Assembly: GCA_017484125.1 (NCBI GenBank)
Contig: JAFUTV010000002.1
Coordinates: 737-64,736 of the forward strand
Source: Bacilli bacterium
GTDB taxonomy: Bacteria > Bacillota_I > Bacilli_A > RF39 > UBA660
DNA length: 64,000 bases
Direction of reading: 5' to 3'
Position numbers and translations under genes: made by a program. Within the stretch, counting starts at the first letter, position 1. Each line of letters opens with the position of its first letter. This document shows positions 1-10,960 of the stretch, in pieces. Below the pieces are notes generated by a model. It made no database searches. It worked only from the letters and a program-made list of their open reading frames with translations, and was not told the origin of the DNA.

Positions 1-641
1 GGAAGTATTCCTAATGTTTTACCAACAGTAGTTAATATTCTACTTTTAGTTAAATCTCCACCATTAGCATTTAATGTTATTACATGATTATTTTTATTTA
101 ATGTAGCAATTACTACTACTTTACTTTTATACATTTTTTGTGCAGCATTTTCTACTGAAGAATCTTCATCTATCCATAATCTTATTTGATGAGTTACTTC
201 TTCATTTGCAATTAATGTACCTGAAGCAATAGTTCTTGAATCAAATGAATTTGCAATAGTTTTTGTATCATTAGTATTGATACTTCCTAGTAAGAAAGAA
301 TCATAATTATCAACTTTAGTTCTTAAATAAGAAGCATCCAGTGTAGTATCCTCTAAAGATTCAAGATTAACTTGATAATCTGCAGTATAAGAGCAAATAT
401 TCTTAATAGTAAATTGATATGGAATAGTTAAAGAGCCTTCTGTTTCAGACATTGGATAAGTATCAATTAATTCAATTGCATCTTGATCAGTAAATGATAA
501 ATCAAAACAATCAGTTCTAACTACATTTTCTCCTTCTTGATTTAATGTTAATATCCAAAGTGCGTATGATGTTCCAATAGTAAATACTAAAGCAATAGCA
601 ATTACTGTTAACAATATTTTATAACCCTTTCTTATCTTCAT
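1..641 (-). CDS. Surface protein, 3' end outside window; SipW/TasA-like signal followed by the start of an InlB B-repeat
   Basis: Not in ORF track. Hand translation from ATG 641: MKIRKGYKILLTVIAIALVFTIGTSYALW...HQIRLWIDE...HVITLNANGG...GKTLGILP, open to the window edge. Confidence 0.7.
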   Translation of the reverse strand, partial: MKIRKGYKILLTVIAIALVFTIGTSYALWILTLNQEGENVVRTDCFDLSFTDQDAIELIDTYPMSETEGSLTIPYQFTIKNICSYTADYQVNLESLEDTTLDASYLRTKVDNYDSFLLGSINTNDTKTIANSFDSRTIASGTLIANEEVTHQIRLWIDEDSSVENAAQKMYKSKVVVIATLNKNNHVITLNANGGDLTKSRILTTVGKTLGIL

Positions 642-642
642 A

Positions 643-1032
643 TTACTTACCTACTTTCTTATTTATTTTACCATACTTTTTCTTTAAAAATCTACCATAT
701 ATTTCATATATTGAGTATATTAATGCAAATAATAATACAAAACTTATTAATAAACTAATTCCAATATTCAAATTAGTAATACATACCGTTGTAGATACAA
801 AAGATATTATAAATGCATTTATAATTGATATATGGAAATTTAAAATCTTTAAATTAATATTTTTATCATCTAAATTAAATCTACTTATTAAATAATTTCC
901 AATACTTGTAATCTTATCAATTTTGTTCTTACCTTTTTTATCTTTACTTATAATAAAGAAATCAACTAAAAAGACTACTAAAAATAAAACCAAAAAGAAT
1001 ATAACATTAAATAATATATCTTCAAAACTCAT
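643..1032 (-). CDS. Small membrane protein, about 3 TM, unknown function
   Basis: 129-aa ORF with hydrophobic segments; AGGAG RBS upstream. Confidence 0.7.
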   Translation of the reverse strand: MSFEDILFNVIFFLVLFLVVFLVDFFIISKDKKGKNKIDKITSIGNYLISRFNLDDKNINLKILNFHISIINAFIISFVSTTVCITNLNIGISLLISFVLLFALIYSIYEIYGRFLKKKYGKINKKVGK

Positions 1033-1078
1033 AACTATTCTCCTTATATGTATTATCTAATAATTAAATAAAAAAGTA

Positions 1079-1100
1079 AAGAGTGTTTTTATACACTCTT
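1079..1100 (-). terminator. Intrinsic terminator-like hairpin after GH31 gene
   Basis: AAGAGTGT...ACACTCTT inverted repeat at the stop codon, U-rich tail on minus strand. Confidence 0.55.
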
Positions 1101-3576
1101 ATATTTCTTTTATATAATCTAATAACTTTAAGAACATCTTTATAAATACTGAATCTAAACCCTTATTTTTTAATTTCTTCAAATAAATTCTTTTTCTAGC
1201 TATATCTATTTTGCCAAACATAATATCTGCGATTTCGTTTTTTATTGATGTAGGTATTTGAAGATCACTGATAATAGAATCAATATCATCATTAACAATT
1301 CTTTTGGCATCAATTTCAATATTTTGACCACGACATATAATAGTTATTTGCTTTGTTGTATCAACATCCTTAATATCTATTACAAAGTCATTTTCTTCAA
1401 CATTCTTTTCAAATCTAATATCAGTATTTTCTTGAAGTACCTGTACATCTCTTGGCTCTCTTGTATTTCTAAATCTTATACGATAATTTCTTTTATCAGG
1501 AATTATTTTAGATTTACCCTCAAATGGCCTAATAATTAAGTTATAATCATTTTCTAAATAATTATAATCAAATCTAGTAACTATATAATAACCATCTTTA
1601 TAAAGATTAGAATATCCATCATCTTCATATAAATTATAAATATTACTTTTACCAGGAAATACATGTACTTCCATAGTTTTAGGCGCGTTAGTTACATTAA
1701 TATTTTCTTCTAAATCACCTAAACAAATAATGGAACCACTTTTAGCAAATACTGGATAATCTTCTTGTTTAAAAAATAAATAATATCTTTTATCTCCAAT
1801 AAACTTTTTACCTGTTTTAAAATCATACCATGTTCCAGGTGGTAAATATATTTTTTCTACTGATCTTTGCATAATTTTATCAGCTGGTTTAGTAATTGGA
1901 GCAACTAGTAATTCTGTCCCAAAAAAGTATTCGTTTTGAAATTCTTTTTCATCATATATTTCAGGTATTGCATAATAAAGAGGTTGAATAAGAGGAAGAC
2001 CACTTTTATGATACTTATATGCCTCTCCATAAAGATATGGTATTAAGCGATGTCTTAACTTGCAATAATCACTTACTATAGTATAGGTATTAACATCCCA
2101 TTTCCATGGTTTTCTTTTATAATAATGTCCTGTTTCTGATGAAAATCTAAATATTGGAGAAAAAGTACCCAACTCTACATATCTAATATAAAGTTCTTTA
2201 TCCTCTATTCCATTTTTATAACCACCAATATCATGACTCCACCATGAAAGTCCTAAATTACTTCCTAAAGAATTATATACTGGTATTTTATTTAGACTAT
2301 CCCATCCAACAGTAGATTCACCAGAATAATGTACTAAAATATTATGTGGTGCAACATCATTAATTCTTGAAAGAAGAAGTGGTCTTGCTGTATCCATCTT
2401 TTTAAAATCATTATAATGGTAATAATTTAAAACATTTAATAATTTTCTATCTCTTGGATAATAATCTATCCAAAAGAAATCTACACCATTATTATATAAA
2501 GGAGTAATCAATTTAACTAAATATTCAGAAATAAACTTTTTATCATATGCATTAAATGGAATAATTTGTTTTTCTCTAATACCTAGTGATGATGCTAATT
2601 CATCATAGTTTCTTTCATGAGTATGTATTCCTTCAGCTGGATCAATATTTACACCAAGTCTTATTCCACGATCATGTAAATAAGTTGTTAATTCTTCTGG
2701 TTTAGTAAAAAACTCAGGATTAAATGTAAAACCAGATTTATATAATTTGATATTATTTTTATCTTTAATATGCCAGTTTTCACCTAAAAGTAGTATACTT
2801 AATGGTATTTCATGTTTATTAAAATCTTGAATTAAATCTCTAACATCTTGCATACTATATGGTTTTGTTTTATTCCACCATATACCAAGAGCATATCTTG
2901 GGATAAGTGGAGGATAACCAGATAAAGTAAAATAATCTTTTAAACATCTTCCAAAATCTCTTTTATACATAAATAGATAAATATCTATTCTTGGTCTTTC
3001 ATCTTTTTGTAAATACCCTTGTTCATCTATTATTAATGATTTAGAATCATCAAGAGAAACAAAACCATCAGTTGAATAAAGTCCTTTTAAAGAATATGTA
3101 GTCTTTATTAACTTTTTCTTATTCTTTTTATTTTTTTCCTCTAATATTTTATCTGTTTGAGATACATATTCTTCTCTTGTTTCTAAATTATTAATAAAGC
3201 CTTTAAAATTTCTAGCTTCATCATGTTTATAATACCATGATTTATCACTATCATTTAAAGATACTTTAAGGTATGAATCTTGAGCAAACATTGGTCCTTG
3301 AAAAACTTGTTCTTTTTGATATTGTAATCTAAAGTACTCAGTTGAAATAACAAGTAATGTATCATTTTCTTGTACTTCAAATTTTGGTACAGGAAAATTT
3401 CTAAACTTAGCAAGTTCAGTTGGACGATCTTCAAATTTTCCAGAACTATCATATTCAAGTCTTATTAAGCTTTCAGACAATACTGTAAAACGATAATTCT
3501 TACCCTTATAAATAGCTTTTTCATTTGCTAAAGCATCTTGATAATTAGGTTTAAATTTTTCACTTAATTCTGCCAA
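1099..3576 (-). CDS. Glycoside hydrolase family 31 protein with C-terminal beta domains (DUF5110-like)
   Basis: PRYALGIWW, GVDFFWID, WWSHDIGG, RHRLIPYLY, YFFGTELLVAPI, YEDDG motifs; TTG start. Confidence 0.9.
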   Translation of the reverse strand: MAELSEKFKPNYQDALANEKAIYKGKNYRFTVLSESLIRLEYDSSGKFEDRPTELAKFRNFPVPKFEVQENDTLLVISTEYFRLQYQKEQVFQGPMFAQDSYLKVSLNDSDKSWYYKHDEARNFKGFINNLETREEYVSQTDKILEEKNKKNKKKLIKTTYSLKGLYSTDGFVSLDDSKSLIIDEQGYLQKDERPRIDIYLFMYKRDFGRCLKDYFTLSGYPPLIPRYALGIWWNKTKPYSMQDVRDLIQDFNKHEIPLSILLLGENWHIKDKNNIKLYKSGFTFNPEFFTKPEELTTYLHDRGIRLGVNIDPAEGIHTHERNYDELASSLGIREKQIIPFNAYDKKFISEYLVKLITPLYNNGVDFFWIDYYPRDRKLLNVLNYYHYNDFKKMDTARPLLLSRINDVAPHNILVHYSGESTVGWDSLNKIPVYNSLGSNLGLSWWSHDIGGYKNGIEDKELYIRYVELGTFSPIFRFSSETGHYYKRKPWKWDVNTYTIVSDYCKLRHRLIPYLYGEAYKYHKSGLPLIQPLYYAIPEIYDEKEFQNEYFFGTELLVAPITKPADKIMQRSVEKIYLPPGTWYDFKTGKKFIGDKRYYLFFKQEDYPVFAKSGSIICLGDLEENINVTNAPKTMEVHVFPGKSNIYNLYEDDGYSNLYKDGYYIVTRFDYNYLENDYNLIIRPFEGKSKIIPDKRNYRIRFRNTREPRDVQVLQENTDIRFEKNVEENDFVIDIKDVDTTKQITIICRGQNIEIDAKRIVNDDIDSIISDLQIPTSIKNEIADIMFGKIDIARKRIYLKKLKNKGLDSVFIKMFLKLLDYIKEI

Positions 3577-3669
3577 ATCTTTTCACCCACTCTTTATTAT
3601 TTATACATATTTTATCATATATAATCAAAAAATTCTATAAATACTAAAAAAAAGTATAAAGAATTATCT

Positions 3670-3933
3670 TTATACTTTTGCCATCAGAACTAATTCAGTT
3701 CCATTTCTTATATTAGTGTCAATTACTATTTCATTACTTTGATAAATATAACCATTATCTTTATTAATTAAGACAAACTCTTCTTTAGGATTAAATGGAA
3801 GATGTTCTAAATCAGATACACATTTAACTATCATTGCCTTTACTTTCCATAATACTTCATTAACAGGAATAAAAACATCATAAGTAGTATTTAATTCAAA
3901 GACATCAAGTTTAATTAAAACTTTATTATTCAT
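3670..3933 (-). CDS. esaB: EsaB/YukD-like ubiquitin-fold type VII secretion accessory protein
   Basis: 87 aa, YDVFIP...IRNGTELVL pattern; overlaps the end of essC. Confidence 0.75.
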   Translation of the reverse strand: MNNKVLIKLDVFELNTTYDVFIPVNEVLWKVKAMIVKCVSDLEHLPFNPKEEFVLINKDNGYIYQSNEIVIDTNIRNGTELVLMAKV

Positions 3934-6900
3934 CTTCTATTTCACTTCCTTCTTCTGAAATAAAATCAATTAAACGACATAGCGTTGCACTACCCTCAGA
4001 TACAACATATCCCATATCATTTTTAATATCTTGAAGCATTTCTCTTTTAATAGTTGATACACGAAGTAGTGATTGATCACTAAGTCCCTTTCCAATCCAA
4101 ATACCATCATTAGTATTAAATAAACTACTATACCATGGCTCATAATTATATGATTTAATTTTATTAACATCATCAACAATTATAATTGAAATTTTTTCAT
4201 ATGATTTTAAGGTATTTACTAAATTAGTAAACTTATCTTTTGTTGATAAACTATTCATAAACTTTTGAAAACCATATATTAATATTAATCCAGAAATATC
4301 ACTATTTTCACTCTTTAATTTATTAATATAGTTTGTAATAGTATCTAAACTTGCTTCTAAATTACTATTATAATAATTTGGATAATCTTTCTTATCTAAA
4401 TTTAATTCATTTAAACTATCAAATGTTATTTGAACAAATCTAGGTATATATCTTAAAACATGTAATAAACTTAAAGTAAACTTTCTTGTATTAGATATTC
4501 TATTAGATGTAATTATATTTCCAAGACTTTGAGTATAATCTACATAAGTTATATTTAAGCCATTTTTTGAAATACCAACAGGTATATTCTTTAAAGATAT
4601 AGCCTTTTCATTAACATCTTCATATCTAACAATATCTGGTAAAATTGGTATTCTTTTAGCTCTTGTTGGATTAATTTCCTTTTGCTTCTTAATATATTCA
4701 ATAATATAATCATTTAATGTATTAGAATCTTCAACAATTGAAGCAACTTGAAATTCATGTAATCCATCTTTAACTTTACATATACCACGTCCTAAAACAT
4801 CTCTTGGTGCATTCTTTAATTTAATATTAAATAAAGAATTATAATCAGATATTTCTTTCAAATGGAAAGCATATATATTAGGACAATTTTGTGATACCTT
4901 AGTTGATATAGATGATTGAGTATTAGCAGCAATCATAAAGATAATACCATAGCGATCAGAATCTCTTACTAATTCTGGTAATTCATCAAACAGAAATTGG
5001 TTACTTTCATATATTGAATCATAATTATTAAGAATAATTGTCATGATTGGTAATTTTTCTTTAGAATTTAGGTTATAATTTTTGTATTCCCCACCATAAT
5101 TTACAAATAATTTTTTTCTATTTTGAAGTTCTTCTTTAACCATTTTTAATAAATTATGGAATTTTTCATCTTCACCTTGGAATACCATACCTCCAACATG
5201 TGGAAGGCTTTCATATCTTCTTAATGATTCTGAACCATAATCAACAATATAGAAATTAACATCACTTGCACTATAGTTTAAAGATGTTGAATAAATAATA
5301 GTATTTAATAGCATTTCTCTTTCAAGTCCATCTAAACCATATATTACAGTATTATCGCCGCTTATATAATTATATTCTAAAACTCCTTGAGTTTGTAATT
5401 CTGGAGCATCATATTCACCAATTACTGCTGATACGGCATTTTTATCAAATTTAACACCATATTTATTAATTAATGCACTAATTAATACTATTTGAGCAAT
5501 ATTATCTAACCATAATCTTCTAGATTTTACATTAGCTTCTCTTGCTACACTTATTATAAATTTTAATATAGCGGTAATTTGTTCTCCATCTGCTTGTTTT
5601 TTAGGACCAGAAGATTCTTGAATTGTTTTAATTTTCATACCAGCATTATCAATAAAATCAATTGATTTGTCTATTTGCTTAACTATTCTATCTGATGGAA
5701 AATATTTAGCACCACACCATGCACTTTGACCTAAAGCATAATATTCATCATAACCTACTTGTAAATAAAATCTTCCTGTTTGTTTTAATTCAGCTGCATC
5801 AGGTTTCTTTAACATTTCTTTAGAGTCACTAGCATCTTGAACTTTAAGACATACTCTAAATTTAGTATTAGACCAAATTTGATCATTAACTACACCACTA
5901 GGCTTTTGTGTAGCTAAAATTAAATGTACTCCAAGGGAACGTCCAATTCTAGCTGTTGATATTAAACTATCCATAAATTCTGGTTGTTGTGCTTTTAATT
6001 CTGCAAACTCATCGCATATAATAAATAAATGAGGAATTGGTTCACTAAGACGACCATCACGATAAAATCCTTGATATTTATATATATCTATTGTTGATTC
6101 ACCTAAATTGTCTCTAGCTTCATTAAATAAACGTTGTCTTCTTTGAAGTTCACTATCTATTGATACTAATGTTCTATCCATTTCTGCCTTATCTAAGTTA
6201 GTAATTGTACCTGCTAAATGAGGTAATACAATACCTGTAACTTTATTTTCAAAGGCACCTGCAAGTCCACCACCCTTATAATCTATTAAAATAAATGATA
6301 CTTCTTCAGGAGAATAATTCATTGCCATAGATAGTATATAAGTAATTATAAATTCTGATTTACCAGAACCAGTCATACCTGCAATTAAGCCATGAGGTCC
6401 ATGATATTTTTCATGTAAATCCAAATACATTAAACCGCCAGATGAATCCACACCTATTTCAGCTCTTAAACTTCTTGTTGGATCATTGCTTCGCCATCTA
6501 TTTAAAATATTTAATTGTTCAACTTTTCCAATTCGTTCCATTTCTAAAAATGTTATACTTTCAGGAAGTTCTGACATTTGATCATCTAATTCTACAGGAA
6601 TGTTAGCTAACTTTTTAGATAGATTCATCATATCTATATTATAGTGAATTTCATTATTAAATGTTCCTTGTTCATGACTATCAAATGCATTATATAATAT
6701 ATCACTTTTTTTATCTCCCAAAGTAATGAAATTATCGCATTTAGATGGTAAATTCGAAAGTTTATTTTCTAAAAATACAACACTAAATCCAAGATTATCT
6801 TCACTTTCAGATATTGTTTTAATTAAATCATGATGTTTGATTCTTTCATAATCATCAACAATAACAAAATAGTAAGGTTTATTTGCACCAGTTTGTTTTC

Positions 6901-8470
6901 TCATATTTGCTTCAGCATTTAATGTATCACAAACTTGTTTAATCTCATCTATACTACTAGCAAAATATCTAAATGTTTTACTATTATTAAAATTATGGTT
7001 AAGATATTTAATATAATCAAAGGTAGACTCTCTTTCTTCATTAGTAATAACTACTAATTTTAAATCATCATAACTATAGAATGAAATAAGTTGTAAAATA
7101 ATATTATTTAAAAAATTATCCCTTACATACTGATTACCCATTATAGCTGTTAAACGATGAGTTGCAAATGAATATCCAACTGGAACTGATTCAATATATT
7201 TAAAAAATGCTACAAGTTCATCTGCTCTTTTTTTCATTTCGCTTTCATCTATAGTAAAACCTTCTTCAGGATATGCTATATTTGCTTGAAGTCTTTCTCT
7301 TCCAAGTCCTAAACGTGCAACTAAAAAATCATATTGGTCAGTTCTTTTATCCCAAAATCCAATCGTTTTACTATCGATATTTTTAAGGCAATCATCTACA
7401 GTAATTAAATTTTCAAATAAAATAATTGATTGTTGTTTAGATATTTCACCTAATTCTTCTTTCTTTTCATCAAAATATTTAGCATATTTCAAATTAACTT
7501 CATACTCATTTATTTCTTTTTGATTTTTATTATAACGTCTAATTAATACAGGCCACAAAAACATTGACGCAATCATTGCAATACTAGTTATAAGTTGAGG
7601 CCATGAACTAGAAAGAGATGCTCTACCTGTTGATAATTGAATAACTAAATTAAGAAGAGTTAATCCTGATGTTGCACCCATAGTAATCATTGGTCCAATT
7701 GTTAATAATATAGGTAATTCTTGTGTTTGATTATGATTTGGTGGTTTATCAAGTTTTATAATTTTTTCTTCTATTCTTCTTCTTATACGAGGTGATTTGC
7801 TATAATAATCATCTTTTTTATATAATGGAGTATCTTTTATTTCTATCTTAGTAGGTTTATCAAGTTCTGGAAATTGATATAGTCTAATTCCCTGATTAAA
7901 TGAAATCCTATTTTCTATATTATTAATATAAATATTATTTTCAATAAATAGTAATCTTGCACCACATAATTCAATTTCATCGCCATTTTTAATTAATGTT
8001 TCTTCTTCTAAAATAATTTTATTATTTTTATATATTACATTGGCATCTTTTTTTAAATATAAAGCTTCATTTCTTTTAGATATCATAATATTTAAAACAT
8101 TTAAATAAGGACATCTATAAGTAATTATTGAACCTTCTTTATTAGTAATAGTTAACGGATTAACATAATCATATGCAACCATTATAGTATTTTTAAATAC
8201 TTTCTTTTCTGTATATATTAAATATTTTATTTTATCTCTTTCTAAAATATAAAAATTATTAGGTACTAATTCTACGCTATCAATATATGAATTATTAGAA
8301 TCAACTATTTTAACATCATCTGTTTGATACAATACCCAAGAGCCATTAATAGCATCAACATTAATTAATTTGTTATCATTATCTTGCCAATCAAAAGAAA
8401 AACTACCTGATACCTCTGTAGGTAATTTGAACATAACGATTCTATCTTGTAAATATAATGATATATTCAT
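3926..8470 (-). CDS. essC: Type VIIb secretion ATPase EssC (FHA-like N-terminus, 2 TM, FtsK/SpoIIIE domains)
   Basis: HGPHGLIAGMTGSGKSE Walker A, DEFAELK, RIGRSLGVHLILATQKP; ATG 8470 has AGGAG RBS. Confidence 0.95.
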   Translation of the reverse strand: MNISLYLQDRIVMFKLPTEVSGSFSFDWQDNDNKLINVDAINGSWVLYQTDDVKIVDSNNSYIDSVELVPNNFYILERDKIKYLIYTEKKVFKNTIMVAYDYVNPLTITNKEGSIITYRCPYLNVLNIMISKRNEALYLKKDANVIYKNNKIILEEETLIKNGDEIELCGARLLFIENNIYINNIENRISFNQGIRLYQFPELDKPTKIEIKDTPLYKKDDYYSKSPRIRRRIEEKIIKLDKPPNHNQTQELPILLTIGPMITMGATSGLTLLNLVIQLSTGRASLSSSWPQLITSIAMIASMFLWPVLIRRYNKNQKEINEYEVNLKYAKYFDEKKEELGEISKQQSIILFENLITVDDCLKNIDSKTIGFWDKRTDQYDFLVARLGLGRERLQANIAYPEEGFTIDESEMKKRADELVAFFKYIESVPVGYSFATHRLTAIMGNQYVRDNFLNNIILQLISFYSYDDLKLVVITNEERESTFDYIKYLNHNFNNSKTFRYFASSIDEIKQVCDTLNAEANMRKQTGANKPYYFVIVDDYERIKHHDLIKTISESEDNLGFSVVFLENKLSNLPSKCDNFITLGDKKSDILYNAFDSHEQGTFNNEIHYNIDMMNLSKKLANIPVELDDQMSELPESITFLEMERIGKVEQLNILNRWRSNDPTRSLRAEIGVDSSGGLMYLDLHEKYHGPHGLIAGMTGSGKSEFIITYILSMAMNYSPEEVSFILIDYKGGGLAGAFENKVTGIVLPHLAGTITNLDKAEMDRTLVSIDSELQRRQRLFNEARDNLGESTIDIYKYQGFYRDGRLSEPIPHLFIICDEFAELKAQQPEFMDSLISTARIGRSLGVHLILATQKPSGVVNDQIWSNTKFRVCLKVQDASDSKEMLKKPDAAELKQTGRFYLQVGYDEYYALGQSAWCGAKYFPSDRIVKQIDKSIDFIDNAGMKIKTIQESSGPKKQADGEQITAILKFIISVAREANVKSRRLWLDNIAQIVLISALINKYGVKFDKNAVSAVIGEYDAPELQTQGVLEYNYISGDNTVIYGLDGLEREMLLNTIIYSTSLNYSASDVNFYIVDYGSESLRRYESLPHVGGMVFQGEDEKFHNLLKMVKEELQNRKKLFVNYGGEYKNYNLNSKEKLPIMTIILNNYDSIYESNQFLFDELPELVRDSDRYGIIFMIAANTQSSISTKVSQNCPNIYAFHLKEISDYNSLFNIKLKNAPRDVLGRGICKVKDGLHEFQVASIVEDSNTLNDYIIEYIKKQKEINPTRAKRIPILPDIVRYEDVNEKAISLKNIPVGISKNGLNITYVDYTQSLGNIITSNRISNTRKFTLSLLHVLRYIPRFVQITFDSLNELNLDKKDYPNYYNSNLEASLDTITNYINKLKSENSDISGLILIYGFQKFMNSLSTKDKFTNLVNTLKSYEKISIIIVDDVNKIKSYNYEPWYSSLFNTNDGIWIGKGLSDQSLLRVSTIKREMLQDIKNDMGYVVSEGSATLCRLIDFISEEGSEIEDE

Positions 8471-8537
8471 AGCCAACTCCTATTATGTATCATTATATCA
8501 TATTTTTTTATATAAATGTAAAAAAGATGATAAAATA

Positions 8538-9551
8538 TCATCCTTTTAATATAGTTCCAGTATTATCTATAGATTTTACTTTAGAATTTGAATCCCATGG
8601 TAATTTATATTCATTAGTAGATGTTGGATTTCCATAATTATTTGTATAATGAACATCAGCTGCCCATTCTAACACATTTACTTGATTACCATATGTATGA
8701 CCATATTTTGAATAATTTGAATCATGTGAACTCTTTGTATCACATATTACGCATGGTATAGTTGTTCCATCTTCTAAATGAACATCAATAACATCTCCTG
8801 AAACGCCAAATACTTCAGTAGTGGCAACAAGGTATCTTTTTTGTCCATCAACATTAATAGTTGCTAAACCATTTTCAAATGTTTGTCCTTGATCAACCCA
8901 CATTTCAGATACTTGTTTCTGTCTTGAACCGTCATGCCATTTTCCAACACGAGTATTATAGTTTTCACAAGTATAGCACTGTCCATTATTAACATCAATT
9001 GTTACAGTTTTTATACCATCTGCAGATGTTGAAGAAACACTACTAGTATTAGTTGTATTATCACTTTCAGTTGTTTGTGTATTAGTATCTAAATTATCAT
9101 CTAATACTTCATTTTCATCAAATGTTATTTCAACTTCATTACTATATTCTGGTTCATTTGTTTGTGTTGTTGATGTTGTAGATGAGTTATCTACTTCTAT
9201 TTTTGCTATACTTTCTGTATTTTCACTTGTAGTTGTACTAGTATCTTCTTGATCAGGTAATGTCCTTGTTTTATCTTCTTCTATTGCTTCATCAACTTGT
9301 CCAGCATGTCCACCTGTATCTTCATTTGGTGCAGTTAAATCATTTTGATTAACAAATCCTAATCCAACCCCATTTCTAGAAACCATCGCAGTATTTGTTG
9401 CTTCATCAAATTCAATAGTAAGATCATCTTGTGCTTCCCAAACACCTTTATTAGCTTTTACAGAATTTTGTTGATTAGAAGCATCTGCCCTTGTTCTATA
9501 AATCTTATCAAGATCAATTTCTGATACATCAATTCGTCTTATTTCACCCAT
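8538..9551 (-). CDS. Signal-less acidic Thr/Ser-rich protein with C-terminal 3D/double-psi-barrel-like domain
   Basis: ORF; RYLVA...GDVIDVHLEDGTTIPCVICDTK C-terminal domain; GAGGTG RBS before ATG 9551. Confidence 0.55.
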   Translation of the reverse strand: MGEIRRIDVSEIDLDKIYRTRADASNQQNSVKANKGVWEAQDDLTIEFDEATNTAMVSRNGVGLGFVNQNDLTAPNEDTGGHAGQVDEAIEEDKTRTLPDQEDTSTTTSENTESIAKIEVDNSSTTSTTQTNEPEYSNEVEITFDENEVLDDNLDTNTQTTESDNTTNTSSVSSTSADGIKTVTIDVNNGQCYTCENYNTRVGKWHDGSRQKQVSEMWVDQGQTFENGLATINVDGQKRYLVATTEVFGVSGDVIDVHLEDGTTIPCVICDTKSSHDSNYSKYGHTYGNQVNVLEWAADVHYTNNYGNPTSTNEYKLPWDSNSKVKSIDNTGTILKG

Positions 9552-9637
9552 TATGATCACCTCTTATTATAATTTTATCTAAAACATACTATTAGTGTCA
9601 ACTTTATTTGTTAATAAGGTGTAAACAAAAAGAAGAA

Positions 9638-10948
9638 TTATTCTTCTTTTTTCTTTTTAGATTTCTTTGTTACTTTTTGCTTTTGTTCTATTTGATTTTT
9701 TTCATATTTTATTTCATTTATTTTGCTTCTTAATTTTTTTAACTTAGCTGATAAAAATACCATTATGATTATAGATAACAAAATGACAAATAATGAACCA
9801 ATAAGCATGTATAAATAAATCTGATTATCCTCAACTAAAGAATTGTATAATTCTTCATCAAATATTTGAAATGTTTTATCATTAACATCATATAAATAAT
9901 AATTTTTATTTCCATTAGTTAAATCCATGGCATAAATAACAAAATAATTTGATAAATTTTTATATTGAAATGCTTTAATATTATTACCATCAATATTTTT
10001 ATCTACCTTATTAAATTTTTTATAAGGTATTTCTTCAATTTCTAAAGGATATATTGATAAGTTTTTAGAGTTTAGTTCAATATATTTAATATATGTATTG
10101 TTTTCATATCTATAAAAGTTTGTATTTCCATTAGCATCTTTAAGTGCTACTAAAATTATATTTAAGTTTTCATTAATAAAAGCAGGTACTTCTATATCAT
10201 TAATTGTTATCTTATCTTCCTTAAAATTATCTGGAATAATTATATTTTTAGAGTTTTTAACCACTGTTAAATTATCTAATACTATAATTGGATTATTATC
10301 TTTAACATTAACTAATAAATTATAAACTCTAGCATCACCATTTTCTGCAGTAACTTTAATTTCAAATTTATTAGTACCTTCGATAACTTCTTTTTCTCCT
10401 ATGCCTTCAATACTAGCATGAGATTCTTGTTTTGTTGCATTAATTACAATTGTATTTACTTCATTAGGAACTTCAACACTATATTCCAATACTTCACTAT
10501 CAAAAGTAGGTGATAATTCATAATTATCGACACTTAATGCTTTTAATGCATTATTAGTTGCTGCTTTTCTTGGTTCTACAACTGATACTCTCTTAGAACC
10601 TGATAGGTATATTTTTTGTTCATCACTAGATGTTATATTACCAGATAATACAAAAGCAATTGTTCCAATAGAATTAGATTTGCATGTTGTTGTATATGTT
10701 TTAGTGGTATCATTACCATTACTTGTAACATCAGACCACGCTTCATCACATCCATAAGTATTACCACTAGATGTAATTTTAATATCCCATGCAGCTGCAT
10801 TTCTTATAGTAACTGATGCACTAACAGATCTACCATTTTCAATTGAAGAAGACGAAACATTAAAAGAATAACTAGGAGCTGCTTTTACAGATATTGTTAA
10901 TAAAGTAAAAGTTATTAACACCACTAATGTATAATATATTTTTTTCAT
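9638..10948 (-). CDS. Membrane-anchored surface protein: cohesin-like beta domain, cadherin-like beta-sandwich, C-terminal TM
   Basis: Signal peptide (VKA|A); NNALKALSV..LSPTFD..LEYSVEVP..ATK..VTAENG cadherin-like pattern; TM plus basic tail. Confidence 0.7.
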   Translation of the reverse strand: MKKIYYTLVVLITFTLLTISVKAAPSYSFNVSSSSIENGRSVSASVTIRNAAAWDIKITSSGNTYGCDEAWSDVTSNGNDTTKTYTTTCKSNSIGTIAFVLSGNITSSDEQKIYLSGSKRVSVVEPRKAATNNALKALSVDNYELSPTFDSEVLEYSVEVPNEVNTIVINATKQESHASIEGIGEKEVIEGTNKFEIKVTAENGDARVYNLLVNVKDNNPIIVLDNLTVVKNSKNIIIPDNFKEDKITINDIEVPAFINENLNIILVALKDANGNTNFYRYENNTYIKYIELNSKNLSIYPLEIEEIPYKKFNKVDKNIDGNNIKAFQYKNLSNYFVIYAMDLTNGNKNYYLYDVNDKTFQIFDEELYNSLVEDNQIYLYMLIGSLFVILLSIIIMVFLSAKLKKLRSKINEIKYEKNQIEQKQKVTKKSKKKKEE

Positions 10949-10960
10949 TTTTTACCACCT

